The notes: generated from the sequence alone by a model not told the origin. Positions 26,819 through 36,175 are shown, counted from the stretch's first letter. The stretch: DNA of 44,614 nt from an uncultured Gammaproteobacteria bacterium (GCA_964603435.1 CAZRUM010000003.1:1-44614), one strand, 5' to 3'. Numbers and translations are program-made.

Positions 26819-26838
26819 TGTACTAGTATGATAGTACA
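26819..26838. promoter_or_regulatory. TrpR-operator-like 20-bp palindrome
   Basis: TGTACTAGTATGATAGTACA versus the symmetric E. coli trp operator TGTACTAGTTAACTAGTACA (from memory): 16 of 20 identical. Lies 3 nt upstream of the ATG and overlaps the -10. Confidence 0.6.
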
Positions 26839-26856
26839 TAACTAACAATTCGTCAA
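26828..26856 (-). promoter_or_regulatory. promoter of the trpR-like gene
   Basis: Minus strand TTGACG, 17 nt, TATCAT. Very short or absent leader. Confidence 0.5.
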
Positions 26857-27269
26857 GCCATGGTGTGGATAAACCCTACCAGATAAATTTCTCTAAAAAT
26901 TTTAAGGTAATAAGTGCAATATCCCCCACGTTTCTAATTACTATCAAAATTACCTCAAATCTTTCTCTATTTTGTGTTCTGACAACTGAATTACCAGCCA
27001 TCCCTGTATTATTGTCCATATAATTTAGCTTAATTTAAACAAAAAACCACACTAAGCTCCTGAGAACTTGAATGTGGTTTTAATTAACTAAACAGACAAT
27101 TTTTTACACACAAACAAGTCCTCAAGAAAACAAGAGGTAGCGTTTCATACAGAAATGCTTGATTGTATATAGGAACGGCATATTTTGTTATTTATGGTCC
27201 TTCACATTAGTTGACGTACAAAATAGAAATATGTTACACTTAAAATATTAAAAAAATAATTAAAATACT

Positions 27270-27542
27270 ATGAAAAGAGAACAATTTCCATCATCAATAG
27301 AAAATGTTGATCATATAGTTTCTTTGGGGCAAAAAGGAGAAGAAATAAAAGGTCCTGAAAAAAAAGCTTTGAGAGACTACCTGGCAGGATGTGTAAGTTC
27401 CAACGAACACGGCGCAGAAGTTGAGGAAAGAATAGAAAAAATAAGAGATATACTTGGATACCACACCCCACAAACAAAAGCATCGGATAAAGAATTAGAA
27501 AAAAATGATCAGGTATTAAGTAAAAAGTTTCCGAAAGAATAG
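27270..27542 (+). CDS. hypothetical hydrophilic protein (90 aa)
   Basis: ATG start, followed by a strong terminator. The overlapping minus ORF has antisense-like composition. Confidence 0.45.
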   Translation: MKREQFPSSIENVDHIVSLGQKGEEIKGPEKKALRDYLAGCVSSNEHGAEVEERIEKIRDILGYHTPQTKASDKELEKNDQVLSKKFPKE

Positions 27543-27558
27543 GAAAAATAAGCCAAAC

Positions 27559-27629
27559 AAAAAACCACCTGCTAAACTCCGCTTTATATAAAAAATATTT
27601 CAAACAAAGCGAACTGCAGGTGGTTTTTT
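27559..27629. terminator. long bidirectional terminator hairpin
   Basis: AAAAAACCACCTGC ... GCAGGTGGTTTTTT with an inner CGCTTT/AAAGCG pairing, between convergent genes. Confidence 0.65.
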
Positions 27630-27661
27630 ATTTTTTTCTCCTTTCCCCACCTCTTGTTCGA

Positions 27662-28021
27662 TCACGAATTGTTGACCAATTCCCCGTCAGAACCGGCCTG
27701 AGAGAAAACACAAATAAGCTCAGAAAAACCGTGATGGTCACGCAGAGTATATATCTCACCTGCCACTACGAAGTAGAGATCACCAGCCGTGAGGATGTGC
27801 TTGGTCCCGTCTGACAACTCAAGCTCAACCTCGCCTCGATGAACAAAGACAGTCTCATCAGTCGGATAAGAAATGTCTTTCCATTCAGCGTCTACCACGG
27901 TGAAGACGTGAGTAATCTTCACTCTCACATCATCGCCCCCGGGCAAAACCCTACGATCACTACTTGCCCCACAGTTGAACTTTTTGGTAAAATGCTTCTC
28001 CCTAACTCTACTGATGATCAT
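27662..28021 (-). CDS. cupin-domain protein in a G+C-rich island
   Basis: AGGAGG SD, 5 nt, then ATG at 28021. The segment ETVFVHRGEVELELSDGTKHILTAGDLYFVVAGEIYTL looks like a beta-barrel. Confidence 0.65.
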   Translation of the reverse strand: MIISRVREKHFTKKFNCGASSDRRVLPGGDDVRVKITHVFTVVDAEWKDISYPTDETVFVHRGEVELELSDGTKHILTAGDLYFVVAGEIYTLRDHHGFSELICVFSQAGSDGELVNNS

Positions 28022-28069
28022 GAGGCCTCCTAAAGAACGACTGGCCACAACCCTGTGTTGTAACGATAT

Positions 28070-28098
28070 ATTATATATAAAAAACAAAAAAGTGTAAA
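28070..28098 (-). promoter_or_regulatory. cupin gene promoter
   Basis: Minus strand TTTACA, 17 nt, TATAAT. Confidence 0.5.
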
Positions 28099-28192
28099 CA
28101 TTACGTCTACACTTTTTTTAAATGTTTCCAATATTTAGCTACATAAAGCTAAATATATATAATTAAAATGTTGTAATTACTCTACAACATTG

Positions 28193-28993
28193 TTATTTAT
28201 CAAGTGGGTATGGTTTATTTTGCACTTCGCCTGTAGCATGTAGCCAGCCAAATTCCCAAATCTTTCTTTGTGCATCAGCGACAACCTTATCCTCTACCGT
28301 TATCGCACGCATTTCTTTTGGTAAGGCTATACTATATTTATTATCATACACAAGCATAAATCCAGGTGTTTCAAATTCTTTTGGTGAAATAAAGCGTGCC
28401 TTCATAGGTGGGGCGTCTTTTTTATCTATATAATTTTTTTGCACATATTCATGTGCTTCTTTCGTGTCCAAAAATATAAATCTTGTTGGAATCTGACGTT
28501 TTGCTTTTTCAGGAAAATAATAAGAATTTAAATATTCATCAAATCTTTTACTAAAAGATTCTATTTTGGTCCATTCCAAAAGTTCCCCGCTTGTTTCAAG
28601 TGCATCACTAGCCCAATTCTTAAGTCCTTCTTCACCTTCATAATAAATGATATTGGTTTTTTCTTGTTTACCCTTCATCACGTCTTTCAACTCAGGCACC
28701 AGACTGTCGAGTAATTTGACTTGCCTCTTTACTTGCTCCTCTTTTCTACTCACAACATCATACAATTTCATTGGAGGATAAGCTGCTATTCTTCGCTTGG
28801 TTTTTTCTTTTTCTTCACGTAAAAAACCTTTTTGCAAAAGTGAATCAATAATACCATACACTGTCACCCTGTTCATTTTAGATTTTTTAGCAATTTCTTG
28901 CACAGAGCTAGAGCCTATCTCTAAACAAGCTAGATAAACATTAGCTTCATTCTCTGATAGACCAAATTTATTTAACTCTTTAACTAAAGACAT
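28193..28993 (-). CDS. TrmB family transcriptional regulator
   Basis: N-terminal wHTH LSENEANVYLACLEIGSSSVQEIAKKSKMNRVTVYGIIDSLLQKGFL. Confidence 0.8.
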   Translation of the reverse strand: MSLVKELNKFGLSENEANVYLACLEIGSSSVQEIAKKSKMNRVTVYGIIDSLLQKGFLREEKEKTKRRIAAYPPMKLYDVVSRKEEQVKRQVKLLDSLVPELKDVMKGKQEKTNIIYYEGEEGLKNWASDALETSGELLEWTKIESFSKRFDEYLNSYYFPEKAKRQIPTRFIFLDTKEAHEYVQKNYIDKKDAPPMKARFISPKEFETPGFMLVYDNKYSIALPKEMRAITVEDKVVADAQRKIWEFGWLHATGEVQNKPYPLDK

Positions 28994-29002
28994 AATAAAA
29001 TT

Positions 29003-30847
29003 TTAGACCTCAATCACAACCGGCAAAATCATCGGCCTTTTCTCAGTCTTGGAAAAAACAAACTGGCCGACTTTATCGCGTAAAATATTTCTAATATGAT
29101 TTGTATCAGCCCAGGTTTTTGGATCAGACTGTACTACCAAAGTTTTTACTTTATTTCTTATTTCTTCAATCAACTTTTTATTGTCTTTCAAGAATACAAA
29201 ACCACGAGAAATAATATCAGGATTCTGAATAAGTTTTCCAGTCTTGGTATCAATCGTAGCAATCACCACCACCATGCCGTCTTCGGCTAGTGCTTGGCGG
29301 TCACGCAATACTATTTGTTGTGTATCACTTACACCCAACCCATCTACAAAAACATAATCACTAGGTACTTTCTTTTCTAGTACTTTGATACCTTTCATAT
29401 TCATTTCAATCACTGAGCCATTGTCTGGTACAAAAATTTTATCCTGAGGAAAACCATTTTTTATCGCCAGACTTCTAGCTTCTTTTAGGAAATAATGATT
29501 GGCGTAAACTGGAATAAAATATGTCGGCTTAATCATTTTCAACATATCTACAATATCATCACGGGTAGCATGACCCGAAACATGTACATCCATCACTTCA
29601 CCATGGATCACATTGTCACATTGACGATAAACATTATCTTTCAAACGTTGAATGGTTCTTTCATTACCTGGAATTACAGAGGAAGAAAATATTACTGTAT
29701 CTTGTTTTTTCAATTTAATAGTTTTATGTTGAGCATTTACAATTCGCATTAACACAGCGTTCTCTTCTCCCTGTGCCCCGGTACATATTACCACCACCTT
29801 GTTATCTGGATAATTTCCCGCTTTTCTCACGTCAATTAGAGCACCTTTTTGAATTTTTATATAACCCAATTCTTGGGCAAGTTCAATGTTCATCTTCATA
29901 CTATAGCCGTCAAGTGCTACTTTTTTACCTAACTTTTTGGCTTCATCAATTACCCATTTTATTCTTTCTACTTGTGAAGAAAAAGTTCCGATAACAATAC
30001 GACCAGGTGCATCTCGCAAAATCTTTTGTAAATTTTTATACATCTCCTCATTGGTACCAGATCTATGAGTATTGGTAGAACCAAGACTTTCAAGCATCAG
30101 AACCGTTGGTTTTTTTAATTTTTGTAGATAAGAATAATCTAGAGTTGGTTTGCCATTTTTATCTCTCTCTATAGTCCAATCACCAGGATGAATAACAGTG
30201 CCTGATGGAGTTTCAATAATTACACCCACCGCATCCATAATAGAATGCTCCACTTGAAAAAATTTAATAGTAAAATTACCCATTTTTATAACATCATGAA
30301 TAGTTTTAATCTGAATAGTTTTCAAATTTTTGACTGAGCCTTTTTTGTAATCTTCTAGTTTGTGTTTTATCATGGCGAGTGTCAGGTCACGACCTGCAAC
30401 TGGCGGATAGCCAAGTTTTTCAAGCAATATTGGTGCAGCACCAATATGATCCAAATGCCCATGACTAAAAACCACACCTTTAATATTTTTTTCTTTGCCC
30501 ACCAAATATTTGGTGTTGGGAATAATGTAATCAATACCTGGCATGTCTTCTTCGGGAAACTGAATTCCCATATCAAGAATAATAATGTCATTCCGATATT
30601 CAAATACTGTCATGTTGCGACCAACCTCTTCACATCCACCAATTGGGATAATGCGCAATTTGTCATTACCATTGGCAGTGCCACGAAAAACTGGACTGTT
30701 TGTTCGTAGACTTGTGTTAGTAGTATTAGTTGATTTTGGTCTGGCAGCAAAAACTCGTTTACCTTTTTTATGAGGATTATTTGAATTTTTGTTTGTACCA
30801 TAAGAACGTTTGGGTCTGGCTTGGTTAGTTTTTTGTTGTATAATCAT
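29003..30847 (-). CDS. rnj: ribonuclease J
   Basis: Metallo-beta-lactamase motif VVFSHGHLDHIGA plus beta-CASP and C-terminal domains. ATG at 30847 preferred because the track start overlaps the tRNA. Confidence 0.9.
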   Translation of the reverse strand: MIIQQKTNQARPKRSYGTNKNSNNPHKKGKRVFAARPKSTNTTNTSLRTNSPVFRGTANGNDKLRIIPIGGCEEVGRNMTVFEYRNDIIILDMGIQFPEEDMPGIDYIIPNTKYLVGKEKNIKGVVFSHGHLDHIGAAPILLEKLGYPPVAGRDLTLAMIKHKLEDYKKGSVKNLKTIQIKTIHDVIKMGNFTIKFFQVEHSIMDAVGVIIETPSGTVIHPGDWTIERDKNGKPTLDYSYLQKLKKPTVLMLESLGSTNTHRSGTNEEMYKNLQKILRDAPGRIVIGTFSSQVERIKWVIDEAKKLGKKVALDGYSMKMNIELAQELGYIKIQKGALIDVRKAGNYPDNKVVVICTGAQGEENAVLMRIVNAQHKTIKLKKQDTVIFSSSVIPGNERTIQRLKDNVYRQCDNVIHGEVMDVHVSGHATRDDIVDMLKMIKPTYFIPVYANHYFLKEARSLAIKNGFPQDKIFVPDNGSVIEMNMKGIKVLEKKVPSDYVFVDGLGVSDTQQIVLRDRQALAEDGMVVVIATIDTKTGKLIQNPDIISRGFVFLKDNKKLIEEIRNKVKTLVVQSDPKTWADTNHIRNILRDKVGQFVFSKTEKRPMILPVVIEV

Positions 30848-30885
30848 AAATAATATATTTTTAAATAAATGAAGAATAAATATTG

Positions 30886-30967
30886 TGCCGATGGTGGGAC
30901 TCGAACCCACACGCCGTGAAGCATGCACACCTGAAGCGCACGTGTATACCAATTTCACCACATCGGC
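30886..30967 (-). tRNA. tRNA-Leu (anticodon CAG), long variable arm, no encoded CCA
   Basis: Hand-folded cloverleaf: acceptor GCCGATG/CATCGGC, anticodon stem TGCGC/GTGCA with loop TTCAGGT, T arm GTGGG TTCGAGT CCCAC. Confidence 0.85.
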
Positions 30968-31000
30968 TATACAATTTTCAATTTGAAATTTTTAATTATT

Positions 31001-33046
31001 TTACCATTTCCAATCACCCTTGGTTTTCATAAACCAAGTAGTGACATCAGCAAAACGATCTGAAGGATGAGAAATCCGTGAGACATTAATACCTCTCACT
31101 TCATCTGAAGTGGCATAGGTATAAGTAGGCATATAAAGAAATATTGCCGGACGCTCAGCTAAAATTAAATCTTGAAATTTTTTATAAAGCTCTGCTAGCT
31201 CTGCCTCATCACTAGTCTCGCGAATTTTGACAAGCAATGCATCTACATTACGATTGACATAACGAGACAAATTGAGTCCAGGATAATCTACCTGACTAGA
31301 ATGCCAAAAAGCATATTGGTCTGGATCCCCACCGACAATTACACCGTAAAGTAAAATATCGTATTTTCTAGTTTTCAAAACATCACGCAAAATTTCTTTG
31401 GCAGATACCAGTGTAATATTGGTTTTAACCCCAATTTCTTGCCAAAAACCAGCAATCAACTCGGCGGTATATTTATATTCATCAGTATCAACCGTCACCA
31501 AATTGATTTGCAAAATATTATCATCGTCATCCTGACGATAAAAAGTCTGAGCTGCGCTAAGCTCTTCGTCCAATCTAATATTAATTTCAATTTCAGCTTG
31601 TTGTCTTGGTGTAGTAGTTGATAAATCCTGAGAGACTTCATCATCAGATGAAGGAGCCGAAGGATCTGGTTCACCTTCTTCTTCAACGCTCAATTCTTCT
31701 GTGCTTGTCACTACTGGATTAGCTTCTTCCCATTCTTTTGTAAGCTCGGCAAAACGAGCCTGACGATAATCTTCGGCTGAAATTCTATCCCAATCTTCAT
31801 CGAGCAATTTATTGGCACTATCCAAAGAAAATTTTATTTTTTCTACTTCTGGATCATACCCAGGAAAACCAGGTAAAATTGGTCCTCTAATAATTTGACC
31901 TTCACCTTGTAAAGCTTCACGCAAGATTCTATCTTTATCAACCGCCTCAGCCAAAGCCAAACGCAAATCTTTATCTTTCAAAATTGGATTGTTATTAGCA
32001 TTAAAAAATAAAGCTGAATACTGTGGCAATTGTAGAGTATGCAAAACAATGTGTTTGCGTTTTACTCTATCATGCAAATGTTTTGGCACAAAAGACAAAG
32101 CTGTCACCTTTTGTGAACGCAAAGCCTGCACCGCCCCAGTATCATTTTCATATTCTGGAAAAAATTGAAAAACAAATTCTTCTAAAAATGGTGGCTCACG
32201 ATAAAATCTGTCAAAACGCATCAATTCATAATTGTAAATATGCCCAGTCTCGTCTTTTGATAACTTACTAAACATAAATGGACCCGTGCCAACTGGTTGG
32301 ATATTTACTTGAGCTAGACGCATTTGTTCTGGCAAAACATTGAACCAAACATGTTCTGGTAAAATTCCAACTGTTAAACTTGCCAAAAAAGCAGAGTATG
32401 GCTCCTGAAGTTCAAACCGAACAGTATAATCATCCAAAGCACTAATTGTCACACCCTGGAAACTTACAGACAGAGGACTTCCTACAACGTTATTTTGGAT
32501 AGCTTCAAAAGTAAACAAAATATCACGAGCTGTAAATGGTTCACCGTCATGCCAAAGTACATCTTCTCTAAGCTCAAAAGTATAAACTTTTTTATCTTCA
32601 CTCACTTCATAGTTGGCTGCCAAATCTTTTACAAGACGATTTTTTTCATCAAGATGCAAAAGTCCAGAAAAAACCAAACGACTTATATCCATATCAACGT
32701 CATTGGTTGTGGCAAATATAGGATTGATAAACTGAGGTGAGCCAACCACTGCCTCCACATGACGCCCTCCAACAGCTGGCACCTGCAAGCGATGTTTACC
32801 AACGAAATCACTACCCACCCAAACAAAGCCTATCAAAAAGACCACGATACTAAGACGCAGAGCCAAACGTTCATTGCTAGATAACACATGTGACAAACGA
32901 GAAAGCTGACCCAGACGTGGCATTTTTTTATTATGCACACGACGCATGAGTTTGTAATCATGATTGTGAGAAACTAAAGGCTTTACTCTTTTGGTCTTGA
33001 GTTTTTTATAAATTTTTTCCGCTTGGGACTTGATTAGTTTTAACAT
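31001..33046 (-). CDS. membrane-anchored ABC transporter substrate-binding protein, family 5 (peptide/nickel type)
   Basis: N-terminal TM, then LVKDLAANYEVSEDKKVYTFELREDVLWHDGEPFTARDILFTFE, typical of SBP_bac_5. Confidence 0.85.
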   Translation of the reverse strand: MLKLIKSQAEKIYKKLKTKRVKPLVSHNHDYKLMRRVHNKKMPRLGQLSRLSHVLSSNERLALRLSIVVFLIGFVWVGSDFVGKHRLQVPAVGGRHVEAVVGSPQFINPIFATTNDVDMDISRLVFSGLLHLDEKNRLVKDLAANYEVSEDKKVYTFELREDVLWHDGEPFTARDILFTFEAIQNNVVGSPLSVSFQGVTISALDDYTVRFELQEPYSAFLASLTVGILPEHVWFNVLPEQMRLAQVNIQPVGTGPFMFSKLSKDETGHIYNYELMRFDRFYREPPFLEEFVFQFFPEYENDTGAVQALRSQKVTALSFVPKHLHDRVKRKHIVLHTLQLPQYSALFFNANNNPILKDKDLRLALAEAVDKDRILREALQGEGQIIRGPILPGFPGYDPEVEKIKFSLDSANKLLDEDWDRISAEDYRQARFAELTKEWEEANPVVTSTEELSVEEEGEPDPSAPSSDDEVSQDLSTTTPRQQAEIEINIRLDEELSAAQTFYRQDDDDNILQINLVTVDTDEYKYTAELIAGFWQEIGVKTNITLVSAKEILRDVLKTRKYDILLYGVIVGGDPDQYAFWHSSQVDYPGLNLSRYVNRNVDALLVKIRETSDEAELAELYKKFQDLILAERPAIFLYMPTYTYATSDEVRGINVSRISHPSDRFADVTTWFMKTKGDWKW

Positions 33047-33112
33047 AGAAATAAAATTGAGCTAGCAAAAGCTTTGGCTCACAGGCAAAATTTTCTAAGA
33101 AGAAAGTAACTG

Positions 33113-33168
33113 GTAATTAGAAATTAGTAATTATCAATTACTATTTACTATTTACTATTTACAAATAC
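33113..33168. repeat. heptamer tandem array, eight units
   Basis: GTAATTA GAAATTA GTAATTA TCAATTA CTATTTA CTATTTA CTATTTA CAAATAC. Confidence 0.7.
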
Positions 33169-33209
33169 TTGATAAACAACATTAATAAAACCACTTTTTA
33201 AAAAGCTGG

Positions 33210-33244
33210 AGTCTGAAGTCTAATAGCTGATAGCTGATAGCTAG
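33210..33244. repeat. heptamer tandem array abutting the secG stop
   Basis: AGTCTGA AGTCTAA TAGCTGA TAGCTGA TAGCTAG. Confidence 0.7.
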
Positions 33245-33248
33245 TTTA

Positions 33249-33467
33249 TTATACCATCAAATTGGCAATAGAAACAATGAAGAAAATTATAACCACAACA
33301 ATTGTGACTTGGTGCAATACTTTATCAATACCACGTTTGGTACTAAAAGAATTGGAAGAGCCACCAAAAGCAGCGCCCAAACCAGAGCCTTTTTGCTGCA
33401 CCAGGATAACCACAATCATAATAATAGCCAAAACTACTTGTAAAATATCTAAAATGTGAGAAATCAT
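33249..33467 (-). CDS. secG: preprotein translocase subunit SecG
   Basis: 72 aa, two TM segments, LVQQKGSGLGAAFGG motif. Confidence 0.85.
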   Translation of the reverse strand: MISHILDILQVVLAIIMIVVILVQQKGSGLGAAFGGSSNSFSTKRGIDKVLHQVTIVVVIIFFIVSIANLMV

Positions 33468-33600
33468 ATTTTTCTTTAATTCTAATAATACGAGGAGTAT
33501 ACACTAAGACTCAAAATAAATCAAGGGGGTTGACTGATTATACCAATTTATAACAAAAACCCTCTAAAATGACCTTTTTTATCATAAACAGAGTATACTC

Positions 33601-33629
33601 TTGACATAAGTAAGCTATCCTGTTATAAT
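33601..33629 (+). promoter_or_regulatory. rpmE promoter
   Basis: Perfect TTGACA, 17 nt, TATAAT. Confidence 0.6.
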
Positions 33630-33709
33630 CATGCCATTATTAATCACAGATTGAATATCTAGTAATATCTTGAAAATAGGCTAAATACCTTGGATTCAAG
33701 ACAAAAAAT

Positions 33710-34003
33710 ATGAAAGCTAAAATTCATCCAAAATACCACGAAGAAGCTAAGGTTAGCTGTGCTTGTGGTTATAGTTTTACAGTCGGCTCTATTCTACCAG
33801 AAATCAGAGTTGAGCTTTGTAGCAATTGTCATCCATTTTATACTGGTAAGGCCAAATTTTTGGATACTGCTGGTCGTGTAGATAAATTTAAAAAGAAAAT
33901 GGAAAAGGTAGAAGCTACTGCCAAAGTTAGAAAAGGTAAAAAAGTGAAAAAAGCTGCAGTTGCCAAAAAGAAAGCAGACGAAAAAAAGAAAGATTCAAAA
34001 TAG
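33710..34003 (+). CDS. rpmE: 50S ribosomal protein L31 with a Lys-rich C-terminal extension
   Basis: MKAKIHPKY...[11 protein letters not shown]. Confidence 0.92.
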   Translation: MKAKIHPKYHEEAKVSCACGYSFTVGSILPEIRVELCSNCHPFYTGKAKFLDTAGRVDKFKKKMEKVEATAKVRKGKKVKKAAVAKKKADEKKKDSK

Positions 34004-34017
34004 CTATTTAAATTTAA

Positions 34018-34050
34018 AGAGACGGACTTTTTTGGTCTGTCTTTTTATTT
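34018..34050 (+). terminator. rpmE intrinsic terminator
   Basis: AGACGGAC TTTTTTG GTCTGTCT followed by TTTTTATTT. Confidence 0.65.
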
Positions 34051-34168
34051 GGAAGACAATATCATAATTTTTAACAACGTGTTATAATCATAAATGAAAA
34101 ATCAAAAATCATAAATAGATTATGTATATCAAGGAGGAAAAAAGTAAATTCCAAGCAGACTTAAAAGT

Positions 34169-35224
34169 ATGATTCAAAAATATATTGACCTAAAAACTAG
34201 ATACGAAACACTGGAGCAGGATCTACAAAACCCTGTTGTTATTGCTGATCAAAATAAATTGAAAAAAACTGCTCAGGAATATGATGATCTGAAAGAAACA
34301 GTGGGGTATATTATTACTTTGGAAAATATTGAAAAACAAATTGGTGAAAACCAAGCTATTATTTCTACAGATAGTGACGCCGAGCTCATTGAAATGGCAA
34401 AAGCCGAGCTACCAGAGCTACAAACCAAACAAGAAGAACTAGGAGAACAACTTCGCACTCTTACTATTCCCAAAGATCCACTAGACGGCAAAAATGTAAT
34501 TGTAGAAATCCGCGCTGGGGCTGGTGGGGACGAATCAGCCTTATTTGCTGGAGACCTAATGCGCATGTATATGAAGTATGCCGAAAGTAAAAAATGGAAG
34601 ATAACTCTAATTGATGAAAATCAAATTGGTATTGGTGGTTACAAAGAAGTTATTTTTTCTATTGAAGGCAAAAAAGTTTATGCTGACATGAAATATGAAA
34701 TGGGAGTGCATCGTGTACAAAGAATCCCCGAGACAGAAAAATCTGGACGTATTCACACCTCTACTGCTAGTGTAGCTATACTTCCAGAAATAGAAGAAAC
34801 AGAAATTGAAATAAAACCAAACGACATTCGTGTTGATACTTTTTGTGCAGGTGGCAATGGTGGACAAAGTGTAAACACCACTTACTCTGCGGTACGACTA
34901 ACTCATATCCCGACTGGTACCGTTGCCCAATGCCAAGATGAAAAATCTCAAATAAAAAATAAAGCCAAAGCCATGGGAGTTTTGCGTGCCAGAGTTTTTG
35001 AAGCAGAGCAGTCAAAAAAAGAAGCTGAGCTCTCAGAAAAACGTAAAAACCAAATTGGTACAGGTGATCGCTCAGAAAAAATTAGAACTTACAATTTCCC
35101 TCAAGACAGAATTACTGATCACCGCATTCATCAAAACTGGAATAACATTGGCAATATTTTGAATGGGGAACTTGAAAATGTAATAGAGTCACTACGCAAA
35201 GCTGACTATGAAGACCAGCAGTAA
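34169..35224 (+). CDS. prfA: peptide chain release factor 1
   Basis: PET tripeptide ([14 protein letters not shown]) and GGQ motif (GGNGGQSVN). Confidence 0.92.
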   Translation: MIQKYIDLKTRYETLEQDLQNPVVIADQNKLKKTAQEYDDLKETVGYIITLENIEKQIGENQAIISTDSDAELIEMAKAELPELQTKQEELGEQLRTLTIPKDPLDGKNVIVEIRAGAGGDESALFAGDLMRMYMKYAESKKWKITLIDENQIGIGGYKEVIFSIEGKKVYADMKYEMGVHRVQRIPETEKSGRIHTSTASVAILPEIEETEIEIKPNDIRVDTFCAGGNGGQSVNTTYSAVRLTHIPTGTVAQCQDEKSQIKNKAKAMGVLRARVFEAEQSKKEAELSEKRKNQIGTGDRSEKIRTYNFPQDRITDHRIHQNWNNIGNILNGELENVIESLRKADYEDQQ

Positions 35225-36053
35225 AATTGATAACAGAGAAATAGAAATAATCACAGCTCACGTGACTGCTAAACCACGTGAGTTTTTAGTTGCACATCCA
35301 GAATATAAACTTAGCAAAGTGGCAAAGTGGAAAATAACCAGATTAATTAAAAAAAGAGAAAGTGGCGTTCCCCTTGCATATTTACTCGGAGAAAAAGAAT
35401 TCTTTGGTCTAGATTTTAAAGTTAACAAACACACTTTAATTCCCCGCCCTGATACGGAACTTATGGTGGAGACCATACTTCACCACCTGACCACTTCACC
35501 ACCTGACCACACAACACTTATAGACGTAGGGACTGGCACAGGTTGTATACCTATCGCTATTTTAGATCGAATCCGTAAATCAGGATTATCCGTAATCCGT
35601 AATTCTTATGCTATAGATATTTCTAACAAAGCACTGCGAATTGCTAAAAAAAATGCAAAAACACATAACGTAAATATTAAATTTCTACATGGCAACCTAC
35701 TCTCACCATTTCTAAAAAACCAAAAGCTGATAGCCTATAGCCAGAAGCTAATAATTACTGCCAATCTCCCCTACCTCACAGAAGAACAATTTGCTAACGA
35801 AGCTTCTATCAGGCACGAACCGAAGTCAGCGCTCGTCGCAGAAAACAAAGGCCTCGCACTTTACGAAGAGCTTCTTAAACAAATTCAATCACTACTTTCA
35901 ACTTCCGACTTTAAACTTTCGACTTATTTAGAAATCGATCCCGACCAAGCAGAGCCAATTATTCCTCTGATAAAAAAATATCTACCTAAGGCAGATATTC
36001 AAATAAAAAAAGATTTGAGTGGATTAGATAGGGTGGTTATTATAGAGGCTTGA
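35208..36053 (+). CDS. prmC: release factor glutamine N5-methyltransferase
   Basis: [16 protein letters not shown] and NLPY (an NPPY variant). Overlaps the prfA end by 17 nt. Confidence 0.85.
   Translation: MKTSSKIDNREIEIITAHVTAKPREFLVAHPEYKLSKVAKWKITRLIKKRESGVPLAYLLGEKEFFGLDFKVNKHTLIPRPDTELMVETILHHLTTSPPDHTTLIDVGTGTGCIPIAILDRIRKSGLSVIRNSYAIDISNKALRIAKKNAKTHNVNIKFLHGNLLSPFLKNQKLIAYSQKLIITANLPYLTEEQFANEASIRHEPKSALVAENKGLALYEELLKQIQSLLSTSDFKLSTYLEIDPDQAEPIIPLIKKYLPKADIQIKKDLSGLDRVVIIEA
35471..35512. repeat. octamer array (ACCACCT sense) inside prmC, with an exact 16-nt tandem duplication
   Basis: TTCACCACCTGACCAC occurs twice (35479-35510). Encodes [13 protein letters not shown]. Confidence 0.75.
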
Positions 36054-36078
36054 CAAAAAGTCTGTGCTTTGATAATAT
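36050..36078 (+). promoter_or_regulatory. promoter of the 36.1-kb G+C-rich island
   Basis: TTGACA, 17 nt, TAATAT. The -35 overlaps the prmC stop codon. Confidence 0.5.
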
Positions 36079-36175
36079 AATTTATTCTCACCAATCTATT
36101 TGAGGCACTTATATGCTCAAAAATGGGAGGGCGAGACTCCTAAAGACTCCATAAGGTGTCTAAAGGCACCAAAGG

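Noticed and set aside
27268-27603. 111-aa minus-strand ORF.
   Set aside because: Its Phe/Leu-rich composition is typical of the antisense of an AT-rich gene. It runs into the bidirectional terminator. The plus-strand ORF has its own promoter and terminator.
30383-30396. CAGGTC-AC-GACCTG palindrome in rnj (encoding GRDLTL), as another copy of the 37597 GC palindrome.
   Set aside because: Only 6+6 nt. The peptide aligns with a native conserved stretch of RNase J, so chance or codon choice is more likely.
30848-30961. Track N-terminal extension of RNase J.
   Set aside because: It overlaps the tRNA-Leu gene on the same strand. The ATG at 30847 gives a normal RNase J N-terminus.
34130-34168. Alternative upstream start for prfA suggested by a strong AAGGAGG at about 34132.
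   Set aside because: No ATG, GTG or TTG lies at a suitable distance downstream of that SD in the prfA frame. ATG 34169 gives a normal RF1 N-terminus.
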